A stretch of DNA of 64,000 bases, from contig OX442314.1 of NCBI GenBank assembly GCA_949358305.1, forward strand, positions 28,024,001-28,088,000. Direction: 5' to 3'. How positions within the stretch are numbered: the first letter of the stretch is position 1; each line of letters opens with the position of its first letter. The notes under the pieces are model-generated. The model searched no databases and had not been told where the DNA came from. It was given only the letters and a program-made list of their open reading frames with translations. Shown one piece after another: positions 1 to 12,553 of the stretch. This stretch comes from Strigamia acuminata. Its lineage: Eukaryota. The translations under genes and the position numbers were made by a program.

Positions 1-1358
1 GTAGTATTCTCTTCATCCTGGGGGTAAGTGTGCGTTGTTTTTATCGGTGTTATTTCCCATTGTTACCCACTGGTGATCCGCGCTCTAGCTGTATCAGCTC
101 ATCCGCATTAAGGTCATCTGTTTATCTGTAAAAAAGAAAAGTAATGATTAGTTTATAATTAGAAATTAACTTTCAAACAACCACTTTCGTGATTGTGTTG
201 AGGTACCCCTCTCAGTACTTACCTTTTTTAGGGGGGGGAGATGTGACCGGCTGCCCGATCAGTCCGTTCACTTACCTGCAACACACGGCGCTTCCACGGC
301 TCTCGCGCACCTCGTGTGTTTCTCGCGCGCACCTGACGCGGTCCCCCGCGCCAGGTGGAGCTGATGGTCGTTGGCTCCGCCAATTGGGAACCGGAAGTGC
401 CCTTCCGGAAGTGGTCGGCCCCGCAGAAGGCCCAGAGAGTTCTCTTGCAACCAGCGTGGCGAACGGTCGCTTCCACGATCGCTCTTCCACACTGGAAACC
501 ATGACGAATCCGATTGGTTTGGCGACTCTGTCGCCCACCGGGACTTGATAGTCCGTGTTCCCCGCGCCCGTCCTGCGTTCTCCGTGAACGCAGCGACGAC
601 GCGGCCGAACAGTATTCAGACCACGCGTGTCATTCGGCCAATGGCCGCCGTGCCACGCGGTCTTGTTAGGGATGGCTGTTCCTCAGCCATCGCATTGGGA
701 AATGCACTGTAGAGACACCACATCATACCCCTAGACATAATAAAGCTTACCTTAAACTAAACTTGTGTCTCTTGTGTATTTCGGAAGTGTATTTTATCGT
801 GTGTGTTGTGTCCAGCGTCCCGTGGCTCTCCCCCGACCACGTGGCGTCCGTCCAAACACTCACAACAAAATAAAGATTAAACCGTGGAAAATAAAATATC
901 ACATTTTCAGTGACATTTTTGTGACATTTCGATCAGGATTTGTCCTTTTTTATCACAAGGTGGGAATTCTATGTAAAGAAAACACACGTGCCAATTATTT
1001 TAATTACGATAATTATCTTACTATCGAATCTAACAGCAAAATAGATTTTACACTTCGATCTTAATCTCCGACTGTGACAACATGTTTAGCATGTGTTTAT
1101 CGAATGTCAATACAATAAACGGTAATTAAATCGTCAAGGCAACGATTTCAACAACTAACAACAATCCAACAAAAATTGACAGTCTAAGGCAGTCATTCAA
1201 TCTTGTAGTCATGCTCTCATACTAATGAAAAGTGAGTATAAATCTGATGTCAGACGAAGACCATTGTATCAATTCGGTTGCATTAAGAGTGCAGTATCAG
1301 TTTGATCGTGTCTAAGCAAAAACAGAAACTAAGAACAGTAGGATTGATTTTTTGTAAG

Positions 1359-4300
1359 ATGAACACTCTAAGAATATTTTTCTTTTATTTATTATCTGGA
1401 TGCATAAACATTTCAAAAAGCAATCGCTCGGCAGGTATGATTTACTTCACAATTCTGAATTGTTAATAGCAGCAAATTAAAGCAGACATAATTTTTATCT
1501 TTTCTTTAAGCACTGGAAAATTACGTTTCAGAAAGATTTTCCTTTTCTGACTGTAATAATCAACTCAGTTTTCAATTATCTAATATTCTACAAATGACGA
1601 ATTCAACACAAATACTCATCATTTATCAGGATGATTATTGTTGTTAAATCACACATTTAATTCTTTCTTATAATTCTAAAAACATTTTTTAATTTCAGTA
1701 CCAAACTGTTTGTCGAAATTGATTCATTTCGATTGGATTGGAAAAATTCAAATATCGGCACGACGATTCAGTAATACATCGCTAGATTTGAATTATACTC
1801 CTTTTCAAATGATATTGATTTGGACAGAAAATTTTGAGCAGGTAACATGATCTAATCATGCCCTTAGATTGACGAGAAATTGGTCAAGAGGCCCCTAGAG
1901 TGTTTCAGTTATCCATCTGTTAGATATTAAAAGTAACGCCAGCCTGTAGACACAACGCCTGTTGATCTAATTGTACCGGGTGGCCCAAATCAAACCGCCA
2001 AAACAACACAAGGAAAGTCACTAAGGGCATCTCAAAACATGTATACATATGTATAATATACTCTAACCAACTACAAGTTGGTCCTTTCTCCCATTGGACG
2101 AGCCGCATTACTCCTACTATACTGCGAGGGGTGCGACAATCAGAATCTGCTTGTCAGAGATTCGAATCTTCTTTGGGATTCGAAAGATTCGGATGGGATT
2201 CGGAAAGATTCGGAAAGATTCGGGGGATTTGGCTGGGATTCGGGGGGATTCGGATAGATTCGGGGGTTTCGGGGGGATTCGAATGAGATTCGGGGAGATT
2301 CGGATGGGATTCGGTGGGATTCGGCGGGATTCGGATGGGATTCAGAAAGATTCATATAATTTTTTTCAAATAAATTTAGTGAAGTGGGAATGTTTTTTCA
2401 TTTTAATTTTAACTCTTAGTGAAATGTGGTAAAATACGAGGTAAAATAGCACGCAATCAAATGCAATGATGAATTCCGGGCTCGATTCCGGGATTAATTT
2501 GAAGTTCGCGCTAAATCATAAATGCGCATGCGCAGATACCGCGCAGCGAGGTGCGCAGGTATAATTTCTTCCGATGATGATTTTACGGACAATTTCAAGG
2601 ACAATTTCAAGGAAGTTTCTTGTAAAAATATTATTACATTTTTTAATCATAAATTTTGTTTTTATTTTTCTCGATTTGTATACAACTTAAAGTTTCGAGA
2701 TTCGAAGATTCGGTGGGATTCGGAAAGATTCGGGTGGAATTCGGAAAGATTCGGGTGGGATTCGGAAAGATTCGGGCGGGATTCGGAAGCCATTGTCAGA
2801 GATTCGGTCGAATGTCGCTCCCCTCGCTATACTGCCACCAGGAAAAGTATATTTTTTATTTTTTTATTTTTTGGATTATTCTAATGATTAAAATGATGAA
2901 ATTTTATCTGTATTTTATAATGAATGATTTTTTCCATTCATAGAATTAAGTTTTATTTTGTTTTTAATTCAATATACATGTGTGTTTAGTTTATTGGTTG
3001 CTTCGTCAAGAAAGCAAACAATTTTTGAATTTTTTTTTTCGATTACAATGTCTGTACATCTCGTGCAATTCTGGTGGTTCGGTCTACTTTTTTGTGCCAC
3101 TACGCAAGTGAAATGGCTCGCCCAATGAGAGAAAGGACCAACTTGTAGTTGGTTAGACTACAGTTCAATTAAATATATCTTTATTATTTTAGTTGTCGGC
3201 AGTGCTGTTTTCCTGCTCTTTTGTTTGGTGTTTAGTTTTTGACGATCCGAGCTTTCGTTCTCGAGATATTTGCACTTTTAATCAATTTTTGTGCCAATTC
3301 ACCAAGTTTGATTGTACTAGTGATTCCTTAATTTCAGATTTTGTTGTACTTTTGTGGATTTCTACAGCGGTACGGGGGTGCTGGTACAGGCACAGTGTAC
3401 TTTTCAAAAAATACCTCGTCTCGTGATAGTGGTACGACTGTACCTGTATCCCATTTTTGGTACCATAAGACTTTACTTTAGCAAAAACTCAAAAAATGTA
3501 GTAAAATGTCACAAAATTTAGCGAAATCTTGGAAAATCTTGGAAAATCTTGGAAAATCTCGCAAAATCTTTGAAAATCTCGCCAAATCTTGAAAACTCTC
3601 GCCACATCTTGGGAAATTTCGCGCGATCTCATACTGGTACATCTAAAAATATCCACAAAAATACTGCGGTACTTTTGTGGATTTCTTCAGCGGAACCGGG
3701 GCTGGTACAAGTACAGTGTACTCTTCTTTAGCAAAAACTCCAAAAATGTAGCAAAATCTCACAAAATCTAGCAAAATGTCACAAAATCTTGGAAAATCTC
3801 GCCCGATCTCATACTGGTATATCTGAAGATATCCACAAAAGTACTGCTGAATTACCATAATATCTAAAATTTAGGAATGACTAGTACCATGACCATCTAA
3901 TTTGGCGAATTGGGACAAAAATTGATTAAAATTGCAAATCTTCAAAACTAAAGCTCGGATCGTCAAAACTAATCATCAAACGAAAGAACGGAAATAACTG
4001 CAACACAAACATTAATGAAACAACTCTGCTCACAACTAATCAGCAATATATATTTAATTGAACAATGTATAAATTATTTTTAGACACCGTGTATTGTCAG
4101 GCAGGCTTTATTTGGGCTACCCGGAACCATTTGTTGGTCATTTTAAATTTTAGTATTATAAAGAATAACTACATTTAAAATTAAATCTGAATTCCAGCTT
4201 GGCCATTACACTGGCATGCCAGTTGAAAACAAAATTGTTGTATTTGTGACCAACGAAACTCTAAAAACTGGAAATCTTAAAAGTGATCAAGATCTGCACT

Positions 4301-7300
4301 TATTTCAGGATCTCATCGTATGGAGACAAAATAAAGTTTACTTACTGATACATTCTCATCACAATACTGTACGAGTAAATAGTCTAAAAATATGCACAAA
4401 ATGTTTATCTTGTTATGAATTAACACAATAATGCTTACACTGTAAACTCAGTCAACAATTTGTCAAATTCGTCCTGATCACATGGATCCAGTAATATGTT
4501 AGAACAAAAAAAAAACCTGTGATAACGATAAATAATTCTACAAATACTTTCAACTAAAAATATATTATTTTAATTTCTAACAAGATTATAACATTCAGTA
4601 TATTTGATCTTCATACTTTTATTAAAAATAAAATCACTGCCACTTTATTTTCATTTTATGTCATAGAATTCAAGCTTAGTTGCATTGGAATACCGATTTG
4701 ATCAACACATTTTCTTAAAAACAAACTTAGCCATTAATTGTTTTGAACAAATAAACTGTCAATTTGAAATAATTTCGCAGACAACATTATTGTTGCAAAA
4801 AGAAAATTTCACTGTAGCAAAGGTGAATTGATCATGTTATAATCTAGTACAGTCGGACCCGAGAAATTTGTAATAAAAGTTCGTTATAACAAATATCACT
4901 GACCGAAAAAGAATTCAGTTTAATTATGAAAAACATTATTTACTCGTGCACATAGTGATTTTCTTTTAAAAGTATTTTTTTTTTAATTTAAAATTTAATT
5001 AAAATATTTATAATTTTTAAAAAGCTTTTCCATTTGTCTTAAACAGAAATTACATTCCCCCTAACAGTCATTTTCAAATGGAAAATTTCACCAATACAAA
5101 ATATTTTCCTCTCATTTTCTATACAAGGACATCAGTTGTGAGTCATGTGATCAATTCTCAAAATTCGTTATAACGGGCTTGTTGGTATTAGTGTTCCCAA
5201 AAACTGGATTGTAAATAACGAATAATTCGTAATACAGTGTAGGCTGCGTAGCCCGGACATAGCACTGTCCGGACAGCTGTGTGGTCCGGACAGTTTGGAG
5301 GGCCTGATTTGGTCCCGCCCAATACCCAGCAATATTAAATCTCCTCTCCCATCCGGACATTCCCTAGATCGGACAAGTTTCTGGGTCCCGTCCTATGTCC
5401 GGGCTACGCAGCCTACACTGTATTAAAATTTGTTTTATCAAATTTTTTAATATGGTCTTCTATGCTGATCAAGTAATTTTTAACTATTTGTTATATCAAA
5501 ACTTCGTTAAAAACACGGTTCGTTATTAACGAGGTTCGACTGTATTGCAAATACCGGTACTGCATTACCATTCTTCAATTCTTGTACATTTTTCTACTGC
5601 GTAGGAAGAAGACAAAATGAAAATCAAATTCGGTTTAATTTACTATGAACTCCTAGACGATATTCTGAATAAAATGAGTAACTTTTGGTAAACAAAGTTC
5701 ATTCTAAACCATTTTTCACTAAACTGACCAAACTTTAATATTTTTGTAGCTCAATAGTCATTTTTATACACGAGGACGATGGAAATGAAATAAGAAATCT
5801 AAAAAACAAAGTACCGGTACATCAAATTTAATTATAAATAAAACAATTATGATATATTCTATAACGGAGCATTATCTCTATTATTTATTAGACATTTGAT
5901 GTCGACGCAATCGGGTTTTTAATCACTCCTGAACGTACGCTCAGTTTTGACTTCGTAGTCGTTCCGGTCAAATCAACCACACTTGGATTAGTCATGCGAC
6001 AAGAAAGCAACATCAGAGATTATTTGTGGATGACATTTTTCAAACCATTTCCCCTGACTGTATGGTTATGTATTTTAGTTACATGCGTGTTCATTGAACT
6101 CTCTCTGGCTTTGATAAGCAAATATTACAAAGACCCAGCTTCATCTTCAGGTAATAACGCTTTAATAGAATTGTTAATCAATTCTCAGCTCATTTTTTAT
6201 AATTCCTCAAAGCTTATACAATTACTGGAACGAGAAACTTCTTTCTTTTGCTAATTATGGCAAGCTACAGTGTGGTATTGTACGCATCACTCACTGTTAC
6301 AACATCACGGCCTCAATACAACAACATACAAGACGTATTATTGGAAGACAAAATAAACTTGTACGCGTTTGGAAGTTATGGTGCTTACACGATCATTAAG
6401 GTAATGCATGAAATTAAATGAGATGACAAGTTCTTGTTAGTAATTAAAACATGGTAATATAACATTGTGAGAAGTAATCGGGTCACTTCATCGAATTCCG
6501 TTTCACCTAACTTGACCTGACCTAACCTAACCACATACCCACATGAATAACATCCCCGATGACAGCCAAAAAATTCGACGAAACGAACCTACCGAAAAGT
6601 AGATCAAGGAGTGAAAGGTAGAAATAAAGATCTGACTGTCAACAGATAAGAAAGAATGAAATCAGAAAATAATATAAGAAAATAGGATGGAATAGTTCAA
6701 TTCAAATCAAAATGAAAAAGAGGGTGAGTAGCCTGCCCGTGACAGATTTCTGCACAAAAAGTAAATTTTTATAAGAATTATAAAAATATTGTCTACAGCT
6801 ACGCAATATTTGTAGAAACGGTCATCTTTGTCAGGGCACTAGAAATAAAGGTCCGTCTGGTTTTGAACCAACCTTCTAATGAATTTTTATTTCGTTGGCA
6901 GAATGCAAAAACAGATCTTACACGGGATATTTGGCACAAGATGGAAAAAAACACCAGAAAAGGAAACATTTCGATGAAAGAAGCTCCTCAACTGCTTTTA
7001 CATGATTACAATGCCATCATTCATACGTACGATGTTCTGAAACATCTATACGGATCAAACTGCACGTTCAGTTTGATAAAAATCCCGATCACCACGGCTG
7101 CTTACTACATGTTTAAGAAAAAATCAAAATATGTAGACTTATTTAATCAGAAGTAAGTATTGGCACGAGCAAATTTACAACGATTTTAAACTTAAACTTC
7201 CGTAATTCATTTCAGTATTTTGAAGTTAAAAGAAAGAGGAATCATAAAGAAACTTACCGATAAGTACAAAACGACAACCATCTGCGAAACAACAAATTAT

Positions 7301-7447
7301 GACCAAAAACCCATTTCTATTAATCACACAATCACAGCATTCCTTATTGTCATTGGAGGAGTTTTCGGGTCCGTCATGGCATTAGTCGTTGAATTAATTT
7401 TTAGGTCCAAATTTCAACGTGGCGGCTGTGTAAACAAAATCACATAA
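1359..7447 (+). CDS. Divergent ionotropic receptor (IR/iGluR family), copy 1, 11 exons, ~575-582 aa, apparently intact
   Basis: Manually spliced GT-AG exons with consistent phases: 1359-1434, 1511(or 1532)-1639, 1699-1841, 4198-4368, 4667-4822, 5605-5687, 5750-5810, 5892-6150, 6213-6400, 6902-7152, 7216-7447. Motifs: signal-peptide-like start MNTLRIFFFYLLSGC; S1 ITPERTLSFDF; pre-M1/M1 FFKPFPLTVWLCIL; M3-like IMASYSVVLYASLTV; S2 end LFNQNILKLKERGII..C; M4 ITAFLIVIGGVFGSVMALVVE. Confidence 0.85.
2062..3157. mobile_element. TIR element nested in the MITE above
   Basis: ~42-bp inverted repeats TCTAACCAACTACAAGTTGGTCCTTTCTCCCATTGGACGAGCC and GGCTCGCCCAATGAGAGAAAGGACCAACTTGTAGTTGGTTAGA. Confidence 0.7.
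2125..2826. mobile_element. MITE with 8-bp TSD and internal 10-bp GATTCGGnnn tandem arrays
   Basis: TIR CGAGGGGTGCGACA / TGTCGCTCCCCTCG. TSD CTATACTG at 2117-2124 and 2827-2834. Decamer arrays at ~2158-2352 and ~2698-2808. Confidence 0.75.
4850..5542. mobile_element. Tc1/pogo-type MITE (TA TSD) in IR1 intron 5
   Basis: ta-CAGTCGGACC...GGTTCGACTG-ta. The same insertion is at 36671-37098 in copy 3 and is absent in copy 2. Confidence 0.7.
5235..5420. mobile_element. Small MITE (TA TSD) nested in the previous one
   Basis: Perfect 28-bp TIR CAGTGTAGGCTGCGTAGCCCGGACATAG. The empty site is visible in the paralogous intron at ~36975. Confidence 0.85.
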
Positions 7448-8878
7448 TAAGCATTGTAATACACAACAAGGTCCGGCATTGAAAAAACCTTTACAACATG
7501 AAAATTGACGGTTCCAAACCATCACATATTTACCGATTTACCATTGACTCGCACTCTATATGTTAATAGAGTAATATTGTTCTGCTGTCCAAAACGAATA
7601 AAATTGAGACACAAACCAATTTACTTACGAATTACGATTCTCCTTTGCTTCTCATCCAAACGGCCAAAATCGTGGTGTCTTTGATATATTTCTCTCTCGC
7701 ACGTTCACGTTTCCCGCTTGGAAATAAATTTAATTAAATGCGACTGTATTTCTTTAATTTAAATATCGTGATTTAATATTCTTGAATTAAAATGGGAATT
7801 TACCAAAATGTTACCGGACTGTGTTGTTTTTTGTCAGGACGATAAACCACCGATCATATTTCTTCTTCGCTATTTTACGGCGAGCGCTGTGATTTTTTAA
7901 TTTGTGCCGAACGGTTGATTTGGTTGACTCAATTATATTGATGGTTTGATTTTGTTCCAGCTGCAGCATGTTTGAGGTCCGTCAAAGAGTTTTTTAATCT
8001 TGAAAAATTAAACGAAATGAAATACAACCACGTACAAATTACTTCCGGCTGATCCAAGGCCGCCATTTTCAAACGAGTACTGTGCTGCGGCTAGAAACCT
8101 TGAGACTTACGTATGGACACCTTTGACGATTGTAGCGCCAGCTATGGATCTTGAGCTTACTGAATATTTGAATATTTATTTTATTTTCTTGCTTGCCAAG
8201 TGCAAAAATAAATTACAGTCTAAGAAAATTTGCATAAATCAACATTAATAGTTGCTAAACAAACATTTGTAATGAGAAAAAGCCAAAATAAAATGCAAAA
8301 TTAACAATAAAAACAGCACTATAGTAAAATGTAGTGTAGCATTTTTTTTAAAAAAAAAACCCTAAATAAAGCAAGAATACTTTCCTACACTCATTCAAAT
8401 TAAAAATAACAGATTAAACAACTACCCCAAAAATTATAGAATTGCTGCATCTACCTACATCAGCACATCTAATTCCATATCAATTGAACTACTACCCCAC
8501 CTTCATTAAAATCACGGATGTTATTAGAATTACAGCCAAAAAATCAAGATTAGTTAGAAATTTTAGGAACAATGAAATAAAATGCATAAAATGAAGAAAT
8601 AACAATACAGTAGTAACTTATTCCAAGATTTTCTAGCACATATTAAAAAACTGAAGTTTCGGAACAAATTGTTTTCCAAACTAATCAGTTTCCAAGTGGA
8701 TACTTGTGTGATAGCGTGGAAATTGTGTGGTTCAGACATCCAGACATCCTGACAAGACCGGTTTGTTGGAACCAGACCTACACACAGCATGTTAAATTCC
8801 CTCTCCCATCCTGTCCTGACAGCTTGTTACTCTGAACATATCCGATATCTGCACAGAAAGTGGTCAATTCGCTTCGCC

Positions 8879-9003
8879 GCATTTGTGCGATCGAATGCGG
8901 CGGGTGTTTGGCCGCATTCGATCGCGTAAATGCGGCAGGTGTTTGGCTGCATTTACGCAATCGAATGCGGCCAAACACCCGCTGCATTCAATCGCACAAA
9001 TGC
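8879..9003. repeat. 55-bp inverted repeat built from ~35-bp subunits
   Basis: Arms 8879-8933 and 8949-9003 are reverse complements with 3 mismatches. Confidence 0.85.
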
Positions 9004-9718
9004 GTGCGATGTTTGGTCGATTCTCAGGTCTTAAATAAATAAATAATAATTTAAATATATAATCAGAAACTTGATTATAGAATCGTTTTTTTATTGTAAA
9101 GTGTCGTTTTAGCTGCATAGTGTAGCACAACACCAACACCCATTCCAAACCGCTAAGGTTTTTACTGCCAATCTATCACCGCCAAAATATAATACACTAA
9201 ATCCTAAAACCGTCAATTTTTTTTTTGTTATTTGCTGCTCTTTTCTATTTTTTTTGGTAATTTTTGATAATTTTCTGTTATTTTCGGTAATTTTTTTATG
9301 TTATTTGGTGTTACTTTTGATTATTTTGGTTATTTTCGGCTATTTTTATTTTTTTTTAATTTTTTTTAAATTTTTAGTTGCTGGTATTTTTTATTATTTG
9401 TTGTAATTTTTTGTTATTTGCTGTGATTTTCTATTTTTTCTGATAATTTTCACTAAAAAACATGCTGAAATCGAGAATAGGTGCTGGAATTCTCGTGCTT
9501 GTTTGTCGTCGTAAAAATAATGCCACCTAGTGGCGGTATCTATAAACTTTTGAAAATCGTAATGGCGGAACAATTACTGCTCGTTCGAATTTCAACAGTG
9601 GTTTTAAACAATATCACGTAAATTATTCATTCAAAATGGGTACATAACCTTTTTTAAGGTTATTTCAAAGCTATGAGAGGAATTTTTTATTTTCTTCCCA
9701 TGACCTTTAAGAACTACA

Positions 9719-9856
9719 TACAAAAACTAAAGAAGGAATCAATTCTGCTTAGAAATTAGAAATTAATCTAACACATAAATTTTTAATGAATTGAATTAAG
9801 AAATAAATACAAAAACTAAAGAAGGAATCAATTCTGCTTAGAAATTAGAAATTAAT
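9719..9856. repeat. Short direct duplication (~49 bp, period 89)
   Basis: TACAAAAACTAAAGAAGGAATCAATTCTGCTTAGAAATTAGAAATTAAT occurs twice. Confidence 0.8.
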
Positions 9857-10333
9857 TTAACAATTTTTTATTAAATTTGATTAAACTCAACGCTGTGATG
9901 TAATAATGGAGAAATCAATGTTTATCAATTATACGAGTTTGCTTGAAATAAACTAGAAATTATAGCTTTATGTTCTCGAGTAAGCCGGTTCAGTTCCATT
10001 CCTTGTTCTGCGTTTTTGTCATTTCTGACCACCAAACGTAAGTTCTATGAACAAATTTACAAATTTGTAGATACAGTGTACTCGGTGTAACCCAGACATA
10101 GGACCAGTCCCAGAAATTTGTCCGGACCAGGGACTGTCTGGTTCATACAGTTGGTCGGACAAATTTAAGATGTCTGGAGGAGGGAGAGCGTATGGAAATG
10201 GGCTGCATGCGAGCCGCTTTTGATGCACTTTGTTCGGCCGAGTTGGTATTGATTTCCTGTGCTATCGATTTAATCGAATTCACGAACCAAATGTGCTTTA
10301 GATATAAATTGCAGTCCAAATACGGTGTAACTA

Positions 10334-11187
10334 CCGGGTGGCCCACATAAAAGCGGCCCGACAATACACGGAGGCTTGCGAAGAGCGACTCAAAAAATGT
10401 ATACATGCACAAAATTAAATATAAGATACATAAATCATTAGCTGTGCTCAGGGTTGTTCAATTAACGTTTCTAATGCAGTTTTTTCGGCTCATTCGTTTG
10501 GTGTTTAGGTTTTGAAGATCCGAGCTTTCGTTCTCAAGATATTTGCGATTTTAATCAATTATTGTCCGAATTCGCCAAGTTTGATTGCACTAGTTATTCC
10601 TGAATTTTGTGGTACTTTTTGAATCTCTTCAATGGTACTTTTATGGATTTCTTCAGATGTACCACTGTGAGATTTTGCTTGATTTTGTAAGATTTTGTGA
10701 GATTGTGCTTGATTTTGTGAGTTTTTGTAAAATTGTGCTTGATTTTGAGAGATTTTGCTACATTTTTTGAGATTTTGCTAAAGTAAAGTCGTTTGGTACC
10801 AAAAAAGTGTTACAGGTGCCGTACCAGTCCCACAAATTGCAGTATTTTTTGATAAGTATTGTGTACCTACACGGGTACTGGTACTGCTGAAGAAATCCAC
10901 AAAATTACCACAAAATCTAAAATTCAAGCTGACTAGTGCCATGAAATTTAGAAAATTCGGACAAAAATTGATGAAAAATGCAAATATCTCGAGAACGAAA
11001 GCTCGAATCGTTCAAAACTAAACACCAAACGAAAGAGAAGAAAAAACTGCACTAGAAACGTTAATTAAACAACACTGCGCAGAGCTAATGATTAATGTAT
11101 ATTTAATTTTGTGAATGTATACATTTTTTGAGTCACCCTTCGTAAGCCTACGTGCATTGTCGGGCCGCTTTTATGTGGGCCACCCGG
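10334..11187. mobile_element. Long-TIR MITE (TA TSD), Tc1/mariner-type ends
   Basis: ta-CCGGGTGGCCCACATAAAAGCGGCCCGACAAT ... ATTGTCGGGCCGCTTTTATGTGGGCCACCCGG-ta. Imperfect inverted symmetry extends ~300 bp. Confidence 0.85.
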
Positions 11188-12553
11188 TAGCATGGCGAGC
11201 CATGTGGATGTGGGTGTATTGGTCATCTAAAAAAGTTAATTAATTCTAGTTCGTTCTTAATCTCAGAGCGTCATGACATATTTCGCACATATTGTATTGA
11301 ATCGTGAAACATGTAAACGGTAATCAAGTTGACTAGACAATAATTTCTAGAGCCAACAACAACCAAAAAATAACAAACCCAATTTCAGGGAGTCATTCAA
11401 ATCTTGTGGTCATGCTGTTCTCCTTCTTATATCAAATAAGTACCACTAATCAGTCTAGCATCTTTGTGTGACTAGCGTTAGTTGCAGTTTGATCTTGTCC
11501 AGGCTGTTGAAGGACATAACACAGTCGACATAGGAAGACAACAGAAACAAAGAACAGTGTAGAATATTTTGGAATTCGCTACACTTACAGGATGGATATT
11601 CTAAGAATATTTTTCGTTTACCTATTATCTGGATGCATAAACATTTCGAAAAGCAATCGCTCGAAAGGTATGATTTACTTCACAATTCTGAATTGTTAAT
11701 AGCAGCAAGTTAAAGTAGACGTACATTTTCATCTTTTTCAGAAAAATTTTCCTTTTCTGACTGTAATAATCAACTCGGTTTTCAATTATCTAATATTGTA
11801 CAAATCACAAATTCAAGACAAATACTCATCATTTATCAGGATGATTATTGTTGATAAATCACACAACTTAAATCTTTTTTATATTTCTAAAAACATTTTT
11901 TAATTCCAGTACCAAACTGTTTGTCGAAACTGATCCATTTCAATTGGATTGGAAAAATTCAAATATCAGCACAACGATTCACCAATACATCGCTAGATTT
12001 AATTTCTACTCCTGTTCAAATGATATTGATTTGGATAGAAAATTCTGAGCAGGTAAAGACGATCTAATCATGCTCCTAAATTGACAAGCAATTGGTCAAG
12101 AGGCCCTAGAGTTATTCAGTTATCCACCTGTAAGATATTAAAAGTTAGGCCACCCTGTACAATGGTAGCATTTTTTGTCATTTTAAATTTAAGTATTATA
12201 AAGAATAACTACATTTAAAAATAAATCTGCATTTCAGCTTCGCCATTACACTTGCACGCCAATTAAAAACAAAGTTTTGGTATTTGTCATCAAGGAAGCA
12301 CGACCATCTGTAAATCTAAACCATGCGCTAGATTTGCACTTATTTCAGGATCTGATAATATGGAGGCAGAATAAAGTTTACTTACTGATATATTCTCACC
12401 AAAATACGGTAGGAGTAGTTAAAGGACATGCACAGAATTTTTATCTCATTAAGAAATTGCTTGTATTGTAGTTAGCAGGCGGACTGAGGTCTGCTCTCTT
12501 TAAAGAGGGCAGACAAATTGGGAAATTCGCGTTTGTTATGTGGTTTAATAATT

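Larger units (their letters stand above)
1976..4124. mobile_element. Long-TIR non-autonomous DNA transposon (MITE) in IR1 intron 3, containing nested insertions
   Basis: Ends CCGGGTGGCCCAAAT / ATTTGGGCTACCCGG. Same family as the clean copy at 10334-11187. Internal 10-bp AAAATCTTGG-type repeats. Confidence 0.7.

Noticed and set aside
2158..2808. GATTCGG repeat array as a CRISPR array or coding ORFs
   Set aside because: It is a 10-bp tandem repeat with no unique spacers, inside a TIR/TSD-bounded MITE. The ORFs are repeat artefacts.
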